From positions 92,683-156,682 of the forward strand of contig WHTA01000004.1 in assembly GCA_009379825.1 (NCBI GenBank): a DNA stretch of 64,000 nt. Direction: 5' to 3'. The position numbers and the translations under genes were made by a program. The DNA is from Streptosporangiales bacterium. GTDB taxonomy: Bacteria; Actinomycetota; Actinomycetes; Streptosporangiales; WHST01. This document shows, one piece after another, positions 55,653-64,000 of the stretch. The notes under the pieces are model-generated. The model ran no database searches, was not told the DNA's origin, and worked only from the letters and a program-made list of their open reading frames with translations. Each line of letters opens with the position of its first letter. The stretch's first letter is position 1.

Positions 55653-56812
55653 CAGCGCCTCCCGCGGAAGACCGATGGCTCTGGGCCGACGTCGCGCAGC
55701 TCGCGTCGTTCGCCGTTTTCGGTCTCACCTTCGCGGTACGCTTGCTTGGTGCGTTGTTCTTCGGCTCCCTGGGCGACCGGATCGGGCGGCAGCGGACCCT
55801 CGCCCTCGTCGTGCTGCTGATCTCGGGTGCGACGCTGCTGATCGGGTTGCTCCCTACGCACGCAACCGTCGGCGTGCTCGCCCCGATCCTGCTGGTGTTG
55901 TTACGTACGGCGCAGGGCTTCTCCGCGGGCGGCGAGACCGGCAACGCGTACACTTTCCTGACCGAGTACGCGCCCGAACACCGGCGCGGCTTCTTCACCA
56001 GCTTCGGCAACGTCTCTGCGTTCCTCGGTGCGCTGCTCGGTTCGAGCATCGTGACGGTCGAGTACCTCGTGCTCAGCGATGCCGCGATGGAGAGCTGGGG
56101 CTGGCGACTGCCGTTCCTCATCGCCGGGCCGATCGGCGTCATCGGGCTCTACCTACGCCTCAAGCTGGAGGACACGCCGCACTTCAAGGCGCTGGACGCG
56201 GAAGGCGCGGTCGAGCAGGCACCGCTGCGCGGAGCGCTTCGCACCGAGTGGCGTCCGATCATCCGCTGTGGCCTGATCGGCGCGATGCACGGAGTCGGCT
56301 TCTACATGGTCCTCACGTACATCCCCAGCTACCTCGCGGAGAAGGAGGCCGTCGGGTCTGCAGGCGCGTTCGTCGCCACCATGACGGCCCTCGTGGTCGC
56401 GATCGCGGTGTTGCCGCTGACCGGCTACCTGTCCGACCGCATCGGCCGGCGCAAGGTCACGATCGCTGCCTGCGTGGGCTATCTGCTGCTCTCCTACCCG
56501 GCGTTCTCGTTGATGCTCAGCGGGGAGCTGGCCAAGGCGATCCTCGGTGCGATATTCGGCATCTACGGGCGCGCCGTTCGCCTTCATGGCGGAGCTGTTT
56601 CCCACCGAGAGGCGGGTCAGTTCGTTCTCCCTCGGCTACAACATCTTCGTCGCGGCACTGGGTGGTACGACCCCGTTCATCGCCGCGTTCCTCGTGTCGC
56701 GCACCGCAACGAGCTGTCGCCCACCTGGTACCTGGGGGCGGTCGCCGTGCTGGCGCTGGTCTCCGCGCTGCTCAGCAAAGAGACCGCAGGACGTCCGTTG
56801 CGTCGCGCCTGA
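55616..56812 (+). pseudogene. MHS-type MFS transporter (ProP/KgtP-like), 5'-truncated with two compensating frameshifts
   Basis: ORF 55616..56812 plus the 56547..56894 frame. Motifs ..FGSLGDRIGRQ.., ..RTAQGFSAGGE.. and ..WGWRLPFLIAGP... Homology starts near 55664, so TM1 (~50 aa) is missing. An extra G near 56566 and a missing G near 56707 bracket ..APFAFMAELFPTERRVSSFSLGYNIFVAALGGTTPFIAAFLVSRT... Confidence 0.75.
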
Positions 56813-56827
56813 CCGGAAGAGGAGTCG

Positions 56828-58069
56828 CTACGGGGTGGCTGGTTTGTTCAGGGCGCTGCCGGCTACCCACGACTTCCAGGACTTCTGCCAGTAGCCCCAG
56901 CCGTTGTTCCACTCCAGTTTGCGCGGGGTGCCTTTGAGGATGACGACGTCGCCGGGGTGTGTGTAGTTGTAGAACCACTCGGCCTTCGCCGGCGGGGAGT
57001 TGATGCAGCCGTGGCTGACGTTCTGGCGGCCCTGTGCCCAGACGGTGCTCGGCATGGAGTGGATGTACTCGCCGCTGTTGGAGATGCGGACGGCGAAGTA
57101 GACCACTTCGTCGTAGTAGCCGGGTTCGCCCTTCTCGATGCCGGGCGAGATCATCCGCTCCGGGTTGGACTTGCCCATCGTCAGGTGGACGCCCGAGGTC
57201 GTGTAGTACTTCCACACCCCGCCCTGGCCCATGCTCACCGGCCAGCGGTTCACCTTCTTGCCATTCTCGTACACGGTCATGTGGTGCGTCTTCGCGCTCC
57301 CCTTGACGATGACGCGCTCGCCGACCTTGTACCTGGCGGAGTAGTTCTTCGCCCCGTAAAGCCCCTTGCCCGCCTTGACGCCGGCCAGGTGCGCCTTCAG
57401 CCGGATCTTCTGGTGGGCGGGCCAGTAGTGCTTCGGTCGGTAGACCACCTCGGTGTCACTGGTCCAGTGCCAGGCACCCTCGACCGGCTTCGACATGTCG
57501 ACGTCGAGCGCGCGCTCCACGGCCGTCTTGTTGGTGATCGGTGCGGTGAAGTTGAGGATGAGCGGGAAGCCGACGCCGACGGTCGAGCCGCTCGGCGCGA
57601 TGCCGCTCGAGTACGAGAACGCGGTGAACGTGGACGGCGGCGTCAGCGTGCGGAACGTCGAGCTCGCGCTCGTGGCCTCGTGGTCCCGGTTGGCGGCGAC
57701 CGCGTTGGCGACGTACTTCATGGACGGCTTCATCGACCACCTGGACGTCCAGGTGGTGCGGTCCGCGTTGTAGCTGCCCTCGAGCTCGCGACCGTTCTTC
57801 GACTCGACCGAGACGGCGGTGAGCCGCCCGCCCGTGGCGCGGATGACGACCCGGCCGTCCGGGCGCACCTTGCGCGTCTGGTCGGCCGGCTCGATGTTGA
57901 CACGTGCCTTTGGCGCCGTAGGTGTCGGCGTATGTGTCGCAGCCACCTCACGGGTCGCCGGGCCGCTGCTCCAACCGACGTCGATGTAGGTGAGCGTCAG
58001 CAGCGCGGAGAGCACCATGACGGCAGCTACGAAATACCGCGCGTTTGCGGCGTCGTCACGCATGTCCAT
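56828..58069 (-). CDS. L,D-transpeptidase (YkuD domain)
   Basis: ATG 58069/58063 in ORF 56828..58222. N-terminal TM anchor and catalytic motif ..HSMP..NVSHGCIN... Confidence 0.8.
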   Translation of the reverse strand: MDMRDDAANARYFVAAVMVLSALLTLTYIDVGWSSGPATREVAATHTPTPTAPKARVNIEPADQTRKVRPDGRVVIRATGGRLTAVSVESKNGRELEGSYNADRTTWTSRWSMKPSMKYVANAVAANRDHEATSASSTFRTLTPPSTFTAFSYSSGIAPSGSTVGVGFPLILNFTAPITNKTAVERALDVDMSKPVEGAWHWTSDTEVVYRPKHYWPAHQKIRLKAHLAGVKAGKGLYGAKNYSARYKVGERVIVKGSAKTHHMTVYENGKKVNRWPVSMGQGGVWKYYTTSGVHLTMGKSNPERMISPGIEKGEPGYYDEVVYFAVRISNSGEYIHSMPSTVWAQGRQNVSHGCINSPPAKAEWFYNYTHPGDVVILKGTPRKLEWNNGWGYWQKSWKSWVAGSALNKPATP

Positions 58070-58226
58070 CCCCGTCGCGAATCCCCGACTTGCCCGAAAG
58101 GGCCGAAGACCGAGTACGCCGTCGTCGACGTCTGGTCTGTGCTGAAGGATAGCGGAGCCGTCCGCGGGATGGCCTGCTGACGGCCCGCCGTTATCGAGGC
58201 GAGATCGGCTGGACGGGGTCACGCCA

Positions 58227-58352
58227 CTAGCCGTTGTCGTCTTCCTGGTCGTCGGGGCGGGGGCGGTACCACTTCCAGAGGCTGAAGGCGATGAGCAGCA
58301 GGGCGAAGATGGTCCCCCACGCCCAGATGGTGAGCATTGCGTTGATCCACAC
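58227..58352 (-). CDS. small single-TM protein (36-41 aa) downstream of the symporter, absent from ORF track
   Basis: GTG 58352 (or ATG 58337) to TAG 58227-58229. It starts 3 nt after the symporter stop. The product ..MLTIWAWGTIFALLLIAFSLWKWYRPRPDDQEDDNG has one TM helix and an acidic tail. Confidence 0.4.
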   Translation of the reverse strand: MWINAMLTIWAWGTIFALLLIAFSLWKWYRPRPDDQEDDNG

Positions 58353-58355
58353 GGT

Positions 58356-59861
58356 TCACTCCACCGGTTCCGTCACGGTCTGCACGGCGCTGTCCTCGTC
58401 CCCTCTCCGGTTCGGGAACGCGATGCTGGCCAGCACCATCGCTGCGACGCCGATGCAGACCGCCCAGGCGCCGGCGGCGAGGGTGCTCTCCTCCACCTCG
58501 GCGAGGTGGATCGTCAAGTACGACGCGAGGCCGGCGACGACGGAGATCTTGGCTGCGGTGGCACTCGCCCGGCGCGGCCAGAACAGCCCGACGATGATCG
58601 GGCCGAGCGTCGCCGAGGCGACACCGGAGATGCCGATCCAGATGAAGCTGCCGATGAACTCCGGCGGGTCGAGCACCATCAGCGTCGCGATCACGCCGGT
58701 CAGCAACGTCACGATCCGGCCGATCCGCAATGCCATCCGGTCCGCGTCGGACGCGGGGGTCGCCAGGTGCCCCCTGCCGACGAGGAACTTGCGGTAGATG
58801 TCGTTGGCGATCGACGTCGAGATGACGACGAAGATGCCGTCGCTGGTGGACATGGCCGCCGCGAGCACGGTGACGCCGAACAGGGCGACCATGATGGGCG
58901 GGAACGCGGCCTGGACGTACTCGAAGATTGCGCTGTCCGGGTTGTCCAGACCGGGAACGGTCGCGGCCGCGTACAGGCCGCCGAAGATGACGAGCAGGAA
59001 GGTCACGGCCGCGGCGACGTAGACGCCGATCATCTTCGCCATGTCGCGCGGTTCCTTCAGCGCGAGCACCTTGTTGAACAGCTGCGGCTGCGACGCGAAC
59101 GCGAACTGGATGATGAACGCACCGATGATGGCCGGGACGGAGTAGAAGATGCCCGAGTCCGGGTTGACCGTGGAGACCATCTCCGGGCCCTGCTCGGCGA
59201 GCTTGGCGGAGACGGTCTCCATCACGTCACCGAAGCCGCCGTTGAACACCCAGAAGCCGGAGGCGAAGACCAGGACGCCGACGACCGCCATGAGGACGGC
59301 CTGGAAGGCGTCGGTGTAGATGTCGGCGAACGAGCCACCGCCGACGGTGTAACCGACGACGATCACGGCGATGATGACGAGCCCGACCTTGTAGGGCATG
59401 CCCAACAGCTGCTGGAAGATCAGCGCGCCGGCGCTGAACTGCGCCGCGATGTAGAACAGGTTGAACAGCGTGGCGACGGCGACCACCACCCGGACGAAGT
59501 CGCTGCCGTACCGGTCCCCCAGCCAGTCCGGCAGGGAGAGCGACTTCTGCGCGACGTTCCTGCTCCGCGCGCGTTTGGCGACGACGATCAGGCCGAGCGG
59601 CGAGGCGAGGATGAGCGTCAGGAAGATCCAGAGCGAGGACAGCCCCCAGCCGTACGCCCATCCGGTGTAGCCGACGAAGGTTGCGGCGCTGAAGAACGTT
59701 GCCGCGAACGCGAGCCCGAGGACGACCGGGCCCATCTTCGCGCCGGCGATCGCGAAGTCCGCCATGTTGGTGGTCTTCTTGTAACCCAGATAGCCGAGGG
59801 TCAACATGACGACGAGGAAGAGGACGAGACCAATCGCCATGTAGGTCTGGGTGGTGTTCAT
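58356..59861 (-). CDS. sodium:solute symporter (SSF) family transporter
   Basis: ATG 59861 (ATGA overlap with the amidase stop) in ORF 58356..60008. About 13 hydrophobic segments. Confidence 0.8.
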   Translation of the reverse strand: MNTTQTYMAIGLVLFLVVMLTLGYLGYKKTTNMADFAIAGAKMGPVVLGLAFAATFFSAATFVGYTGWAYGWGLSSLWIFLTLILASPLGLIVVAKRARSRNVAQKSLSLPDWLGDRYGSDFVRVVVAVATLFNLFYIAAQFSAGALIFQQLLGMPYKVGLVIIAVIVVGYTVGGGSFADIYTDAFQAVLMAVVGVLVFASGFWVFNGGFGDVMETVSAKLAEQGPEMVSTVNPDSGIFYSVPAIIGAFIIQFAFASQPQLFNKVLALKEPRDMAKMIGVYVAAAVTFLLVIFGGLYAAATVPGLDNPDSAIFEYVQAAFPPIMVALFGVTVLAAAMSTSDGIFVVISTSIANDIYRKFLVGRGHLATPASDADRMALRIGRIVTLLTGVIATLMVLDPPEFIGSFIWIGISGVASATLGPIIVGLFWPRRASATAAKISVVAGLASYLTIHLAEVEESTLAAGAWAVCIGVAAMVLASIAFPNRRGDEDSAVQTVTEPVE

Positions 59862-61213
59862 GCCGCTCCCTGTGTCATCCGGAGGTCGTCGGCGGCGGAC
59901 AGCAGCAGCTCCGCCGCGTCGGCGCGCGCGATGAGCTGGGTGCCGACCGGCAGGCCGGCCACCGTACCGGTCGGCACGGAGACAGCCGGGAGGCCGAGCA
60001 GGTTCCACGGTGAGGTGAGTGAGAGCAGTGCGTCCCGCGTGCCGACCGTCGAGCCGAGGATGTCGACCTCGCGTTGCTGCAGCTGCGGCGCGACGATCGG
60101 CACGGTCGGCAGGGCGAGTATCTGGTGGTCGTCGAGCAGCTCGAGGACTGTGGCGCGCAACCGGTCCCGTTGCTCGATTCCCCAGGCGTGACGTGCCGCC
60201 GGTGTGTGGCTCGCGCCGCGCAGCCGGTCGAGCACCTCGGGGTCGTAGAGCTCGGGGCTATTCGCCATCATGTCGGCGTGCACCCCGGCCACCTCGTACG
60301 TCTGCACCGCGAGGAACGCCTCGCGCGTCTCGGTGGCCGCCGGCCACGTCACCTCGTCGACCTGGCCGAGTGCCTCGCGTGCGACCTGTTGTACGGCGGG
60401 ATCGACGCCGACGTCGCTGAACGGTCGCAGCCAGGCGATCCGGGTCGGCGTCGGCGCGTTCGCGGCTGGGCCCGGCGGCAGGCCGGCGAGCGTGCGCCAG
60501 GTGTGCAGGCAGTCGGCTGCGGTGCCGGCCAGCACTCCGACGGTGTCGAGCGAGCCGGCGACCGGGAACACCCCGTCGGTCGGCACGGTGCCGTACGCCG
60601 GCTTGAACCCGACCACGCCGCACAGCGCGGCCGGGATACGTACTGAGCCGCCGGTGTCGGTGCCGAGAGCGACCGGGACCATGCCGGCGGCGACCGCCGA
60701 CGCGCTGCCGCTGCTCGAACCACCTGACATCCGCCCGGGGTCGTGCGGGTTGCGGGTCGCGCCGGTGGCCGAACGGTCCCCTGTGGGACCGAAGGCGAAC
60801 TGGTGCGTCGTGGTCTTGCCGACGATGACCGCGCCGGCGGCGCGCAGCCGCCGCACGCACTCGGCGTCGGTCGTGGCGACGCGGTCCGCCAGGTGCGCCG
60901 AGCCCATGGTGGCGGGCAGGCTCGCGACGTCGACGATGTCCTTGACCGCCACCGGGATACCGTGCAGCGGCCCGCGGTCGATCCCGCTCGCGCGCTCCTC
61001 GTCCGCTTGCTGTGCCGCGGCCGTCGCACCGTCCTGGTCGACCGCTGCGAACGCGTTGAGCACCGGGTCGAGCTCGGCGATCGCGGCCAGCGAGTGGCGT
61101 ACCAGCTCGGTCGAGGACGCGCCGCTGGCGTGCAGGTCGGCGAGCGCGCGGCCGACGAAGTAGCCGCGGCGCACAGCAGGCAGGTGCGCGTCGGCGCCGT
61201 CGTGGGGGGACAT
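59858..61213 (-). CDS. amidase (amidase-signature family)
   Basis: ATG 61213 after AAGGAG in ORF 59858..61318. Motifs ..GGSSSGSASAVAAG.. and ..GTDTGGSVRIPA... Confidence 0.85.
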   Translation of the reverse strand: MSPHDGADAHLPAVRRGYFVGRALADLHASGASSTELVRHSLAAIAELDPVLNAFAAVDQDGATAAAQQADEERASGIDRGPLHGIPVAVKDIVDVASLPATMGSAHLADRVATTDAECVRRLRAAGAVIVGKTTTHQFAFGPTGDRSATGATRNPHDPGRMSGGSSSGSASAVAAGMVPVALGTDTGGSVRIPAALCGVVGFKPAYGTVPTDGVFPVAGSLDTVGVLAGTAADCLHTWRTLAGLPPGPAANAPTPTRIAWLRPFSDVGVDPAVQQVAREALGQVDEVTWPAATETREAFLAVQTYEVAGVHADMMANSPELYDPEVLDRLRGASHTPAARHAWGIEQRDRLRATVLELLDDHQILALPTVPIVAPQLQQREVDILGSTVGTRDALLSLTSPWNLLGLPAVSVPTGTVAGLPVGTQLIARADAAELLLSAADDLRMTQGAA

Positions 61214-61227
61214 CCGGCTCCTTCGAG

Positions 61228-61260
61228 TAACCCAAACGTTTGGCCCAAACGTTTGGGTTA
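61228..61260. promoter_or_regulatory. 33-bp perfect palindrome containing two tandem CCAAACGTTTGG boxes (LacI/PurR-like operators)
   Basis: TAACCCAAACGTTTGG-C-CCAAACGTTTGGGTTA has all 16 arm positions complementary. It lies between the amidase start (61213, -) and the LacI-family start (61288, +). Confidence 0.65.
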
Positions 61261-61287
61261 TCCTGGCGAGTATCTTCTGAGTTGTCA

Positions 61288-62343
61288 ATGCCCGCCCGAA
61301 GAGAGGACTGCGTGCCACGCCAGGGTCGACCGGTCACGCTGCGAGTCATCGCCGAGCGGCTCGGCCTGGATGTCTCGACCGTCTCGCGCGTCCTGAACGG
61401 CCCGGAGAACGCGAAGACCGGCGCCGCCTCCGCGGACACCGCCGAGCAGATCCGGCAGGTCGCCGCCGACCTGGGCTACCGCAGCAACCCGCATGCGACC
61501 AGCCTGCGCACCGGGTGCAGCCACCTCATCGGCGTGCTGGTCCCCAAGCTCACCGACCTCGTGCTCGCCACCATCTACGAGGGCGTCGAGGAGGCCGCGA
61601 CCCAGTACGGGCTGTCCGCCTTCGTCGCCAACACCCGCGACGACCCCGCCACCCAGCGGGCACGTACGGAGATGATGCTGGCCCGCCGGGTGGACGGGCT
61701 GATCTTCGGCGACGCCCACGTCGACGCGAGCTTCCTCGATGAGGTCGCCGGCCGGGGGACCAGGTTCGTGCTCGCCAGCCGCCGGGCCGGCGACCACACC
61801 TCGGTCACCTGCGACGACTACCTCGGCGGGCGGCTGGCGGCCGAGCACCTGCGCGAGCTCGGACACGAGCACGTTGCCGTGATCGCCGGCGAGCCGCACG
61901 CAAGCACCGGCATCGACCGCACCACCGGGTTCACCGACTACTACCGTGACTGCGGGTTGCCCGTCCCGACCGACCGGGTGCTGCACTCCCGGTTCGACAC
62001 CGCAGGCGGCCACGAAGCGGCGGCGAAACTGCTGAACGAGCAGGACCGGCCGACCGCGATATTCGCGGTGAACGACTTCGCCGCCATCGGAGCCGCCGGC
62101 TCCGCCCGCGAGCGTGGGCTCTGGTTGGGGCAGGACGTCGCCGTCGTCGGGTTCAACGACGTACCGCTCGCCGCCGAGCTGCCGGTACCGCTGACCACCG
62201 TGCGGTCCCCGATGTACGACATCGGTAGCCGGGCCACCGAGCTGCTCGTGCAGATGCTCGCCGGTGAGCAGCCGGAGTCCGAGCGGCTGGCGCCGGAGCT
62301 CGTCGTCCGCGCGTCCACCTGCGCGCCGCCGCAGCGGCGGTAG
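61288..62343 (+). CDS. LacI family transcriptional regulator
   Basis: ATG 61288 (or GTG 61312) in ORF 61240..62343. HTH ..LRVIAERLGLDVSTVSRVLNG... Confidence 0.85.
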   Translation: MPARREDCVPRQGRPVTLRVIAERLGLDVSTVSRVLNGPENAKTGAASADTAEQIRQVAADLGYRSNPHATSLRTGCSHLIGVLVPKLTDLVLATIYEGVEEAATQYGLSAFVANTRDDPATQRARTEMMLARRVDGLIFGDAHVDASFLDEVAGRGTRFVLASRRAGDHTSVTCDDYLGGRLAAEHLRELGHEHVAVIAGEPHASTGIDRTTGFTDYYRDCGLPVPTDRVLHSRFDTAGGHEAAAKLLNEQDRPTAIFAVNDFAAIGAAGSARERGLWLGQDVAVVGFNDVPLAAELPVPLTTVRSPMYDIGSRATELLVQMLAGEQPESERLAPELVVRASTCAPPQRR

Positions 62344-62461
62344 TGCCGCGGAGAATGGCGGAAGAAATCTCGGCCGCGTTGTCGATCTGGGGCGGGCCCG
62401 TTCGGCGAACAGGGTGAGAGGCGGGGAGCGTCCCCGCCCACCGGACACAGGAGGAACCACC

Positions 62462-62818
62462 ATGCCGCGCTATCTCGCGATCGTCCACCACGACGAGAAC
62501 GCCCCTGTCGAGGTCAAGCCGGAGCTCGCCGCCCGGATGAGCGCCCTGTACGAGGAGATCACCAAGGCCGGCGTGATGCTGGACATGGGCGAGCTGACGT
62601 CGACCAAGCAGAGCACGAAGATCGTCGCCAACGACGGCAAGACCAGCTACGTCGACGGGCCGTTCACCGAGGCCAAGGAAGTCGTCGGCGGGTACTCGAT
62701 CGTCCAGGCCAGGGACAAGGCGGAAGCGCTGGAGTGGACCAGGCGCTTCGCCGAGATCCAGTCGTACGTGGGGCCCCTGACGATCGAGGTCCGCGAGATC
62801 GTCGAAGGCTCCGACTAG
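62462..62818 (+). CDS. YCII-related (DGPF) domain protein
   Basis: ATG 62462 after AGGAGG in the 62264..62818 frame. Contains ..GPFTEAKEVVGGY... Confidence 0.7.
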   Translation: MPRYLAIVHHDENAPVEVKPELAARMSALYEEITKAGVMLDMGELTSTKQSTKIVANDGKTSYVDGPFTEAKEVVGGYSIVQARDKAEALEWTRRFAEIQSYVGPLTIEVREIVEGSD

Positions 62819-62823
62819 CAGCC

Positions 62824-64000
62824 ATGACCGAGGACCACGCGACCAGGGCGGTCGAGGCGGCGTACCGGATCGACGCCGCGAAGATCATCGCCGGCGTCAC
62901 GCGGATCGTCGGTGACGTCGGCATCGCCGAAGAGATCGCGCAGGACGCACTGGTCGCCGCGATGGAGAAGTGGCCGGAGTCAGGCGTCCCGGACCGGCCG
63001 GGCGCCTGGCTCATGGCCATCGCCAGGTACAAGGCCGTCGACCTCGTGCGCCGTAAGGACACCTACGCACGCAAGCTGGCGGAGATCGGCAGGTCGCTCG
63101 AGGACATGCCCTCGGCCGCCGTCGACGTCGACGACATCGAGGACGACCTGCTGCGGCTGATCTTCACCGCCTGCCACCCGGTGCTGTCCACGCAGGCGCG
63201 GATCGCGTTGACGATACGGCTGCTCGGCGGGTTGACGACCGACGAGATCGCGCGTGCGTACGTGACGTCCGAGGCGGCGGTCGCGCAGCGCATCGTCCGC
63301 GCGAAGCGCACGCTCGCCGAGGCCCGCGTCCCGTTCGAGGTGCCGTACGGGGCCGACCGGGAGGAGCGGTTGTCGTCGGTCCTCGAGGTCATCTACCTGA
63401 TCTTCAACGAGGGGTACGCCGCCACGTCCGGTGAGGACCTGCTGCGTCCCGCGTTGTGCGAGGACGCGCTGCGACTGGCCAGGGTGCTGGCCGGCCTGAT
63501 GCCGGACGAGCCCGAGGTGCACGGCCTGGTCGCGCTGCTTGAGTTCCAGTCGTCCAGGCTCGCCGCACGGATTCGCCCCGACGGCGAGCCTGTGCTGCTG
63601 GCCGACCAGGACCGGTCGAAGTGGAACCAGCTGTTGATCGGCCGCGGCGTGGACGCCCTGTTCCGCGCGGGCAACGGGCCGTACTCCCTGCAGGCGGCCA
63701 TCGCGGGCTGCCACGCCAGAGCCGTCCGCTACGCGGACACCGACTGGGCGATGATCGCCGCACTTTACGGCCGCCTGGCGACGTTGACGCGGTCGCCGGT
63801 GGTCGAGCTCAACCGCGCGGTGGCGGTCTCGATGGTCGACGGCCCGGCGGCGGGGCTCGAGCTCGTGGACGCGGTCGCGGCCGAGCTCGATGCCAAGAAC
63901 TACCACCTGCTGCCGAGCGTCCGCGGAGATCTGCTCGAGCGGCTCGGCCGCCCGGCGGAAGCCCGCGCCGAGTTCGAGCGGGCCGCATCGATGGCCCGTA
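62824..64000 (+). CDS. ECF-type sigma-70 family factor with long C-terminal extension, 3'-partial
   Basis: Not in the ORF track because there is no stop in the window. Starts at ATG 62824. Region 2 (..PGAWLMAIARYKAVD..) and region 4 (..LTTDEIARAYVTSEAAVAQRIVRAKRTL..) are followed by more than 200 further residues to the window edge. Confidence 0.7.
   Translation, partial: MTEDHATRAVEAAYRIDAAKIIAGVTRIVGDVGIAEEIAQDALVAAMEKWPESGVPDRPGAWLMAIARYKAVDLVRRKDTYARKLAEIGRSLEDMPSAAVDVDDIEDDLLRLIFTACHPVLSTQARIALTIRLLGGLTTDEIARAYVTSEAAVAQRIVRAKRTLAEARVPFEVPYGADREERLSSVLEVIYLIFNEGYAATSGEDLLRPALCEDALRLARVLAGLMPDEPEVHGLVALLEFQSSRLAARIRPDGEPVLLADQDRSKWNQLLIGRGVDALFRAGNGPYSLQAAIAGCHARAVRYADTDWAMIAALYGRLATLTRSPVVELNRAVAVSMVDGPAAGLELVDAVAAELDAKNYHLLPSVRGDLLERLGRPAEARAEFERAASMAR

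Noticed and set aside
17103-56812. Programmed ribosomal frameshifting as an explanation for the split genes.
   Set aside because: None of the junctions shows a slippery heptamer plus a downstream structure. The shifts go in both directions, fall inside conserved domains of ordinary enzymes and transporters, and mostly coincide with short G/C runs.
58070-58226. 157-nt leader of the L,D-transpeptidase gene as a c-di-AMP (ydaO-type) or other cell-wall riboswitch.
   Set aside because: I could not find the conserved ydaO core elements by eye. Only a small GCCC-TTTC-GGGC hairpin is present. An Infernal scan is needed before any claim.
1-64000. Search for CRISPR arrays, tRNA/rRNA genes, IS elements, integrases, phage genes, toxin-antitoxin modules or known defence modules.
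   Set aside because: No direct-repeat arrays were seen. No tRNA-like T-loop (GGTTCGAATCC-type) sequences were seen. No transposase, integrase, nuclease or helicase-like ORFs were recognised. The window appears purely metabolic, transport-related and regulatory.

Overview
GC-rich, GC3-saturated actinobacterial-type chromosomal segment, densely coding on both strands. It consists almost entirely of catabolic and transport operons. I saw no rRNA, tRNA, CRISPR array, transposase/integrase or recognisable defence/toxin genes.

Layout, left to right:
1. 1.2-10.8 kb (+ strand): an acyl-CoA cluster with a split MaoC hydratase, CitE-like lyase, Gfo/Idh/MocA dehydrogenase, family III CoA-transferase, isocitrate-lyase/PEP-mutase-family enzyme, NDP-forming acyl-CoA synthetase, acyl-CoA dehydrogenase and MFS transporter. 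It resembles itaconate/C5-dicarboxylate catabolism.
2. 10.8-13 kb: amidohydrolase, GlcG-like and CMD-family genes.
3. 13-24.5 kb: a ~10 kb minus-strand operon (DUF917, hydantoinase-like, peptide-type ABC importer, HyuA/HyuB) divergent from a PucR-type regulator.
4. 25.2-29.2 kb: an IdeR-box-controlled siderophore-type ABC uptake operon.
5. 29-35 kb: miscellaneous enzymes.
6. 35.3-45.4 kb: a LacI-type regulon marked by three identical 14-bp palindromes. It holds an ECF importer, aminotransferase, enoyl-CoA-hydratase/acyl-CoA-synthetase chimera, Rieske oxygenase and a Cys/Met-family PLP enzyme.
7. 45.6-52.1 kb: NRAMP transporter, LarA-like protein, a 906-aa double-module UxaA-family dehydratase and an MDR dehydrogenase.
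8. 52-58 kb: small membrane and secreted proteins, an MFS pseudogene and an L,D-transpeptidase.
9. 58.2-62.3 kb: an amidase/sodium-solute-symporter operon with a 33-bp perfect palindrome and a second LacI regulator.
10. 62.5-64 kb: a YCII protein plus an ECF-type sigma factor, cut by the window edge.

Most striking observations:
- The three-operator LacI regulon has an unassignable substrate.
- About 11 single-nucleotide-scale frameshifts, one in-frame TAG and three larger deletion/fusion scars all lie between 17 and 57 kb.
- Four features are invisible to the ORF track: two small membrane ORFs, a frameshifted secreted paralog and the terminal sigma factor.

All family calls come from motif and architecture recognition by eye. 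No database search was run. Frameshift positions are approximate.
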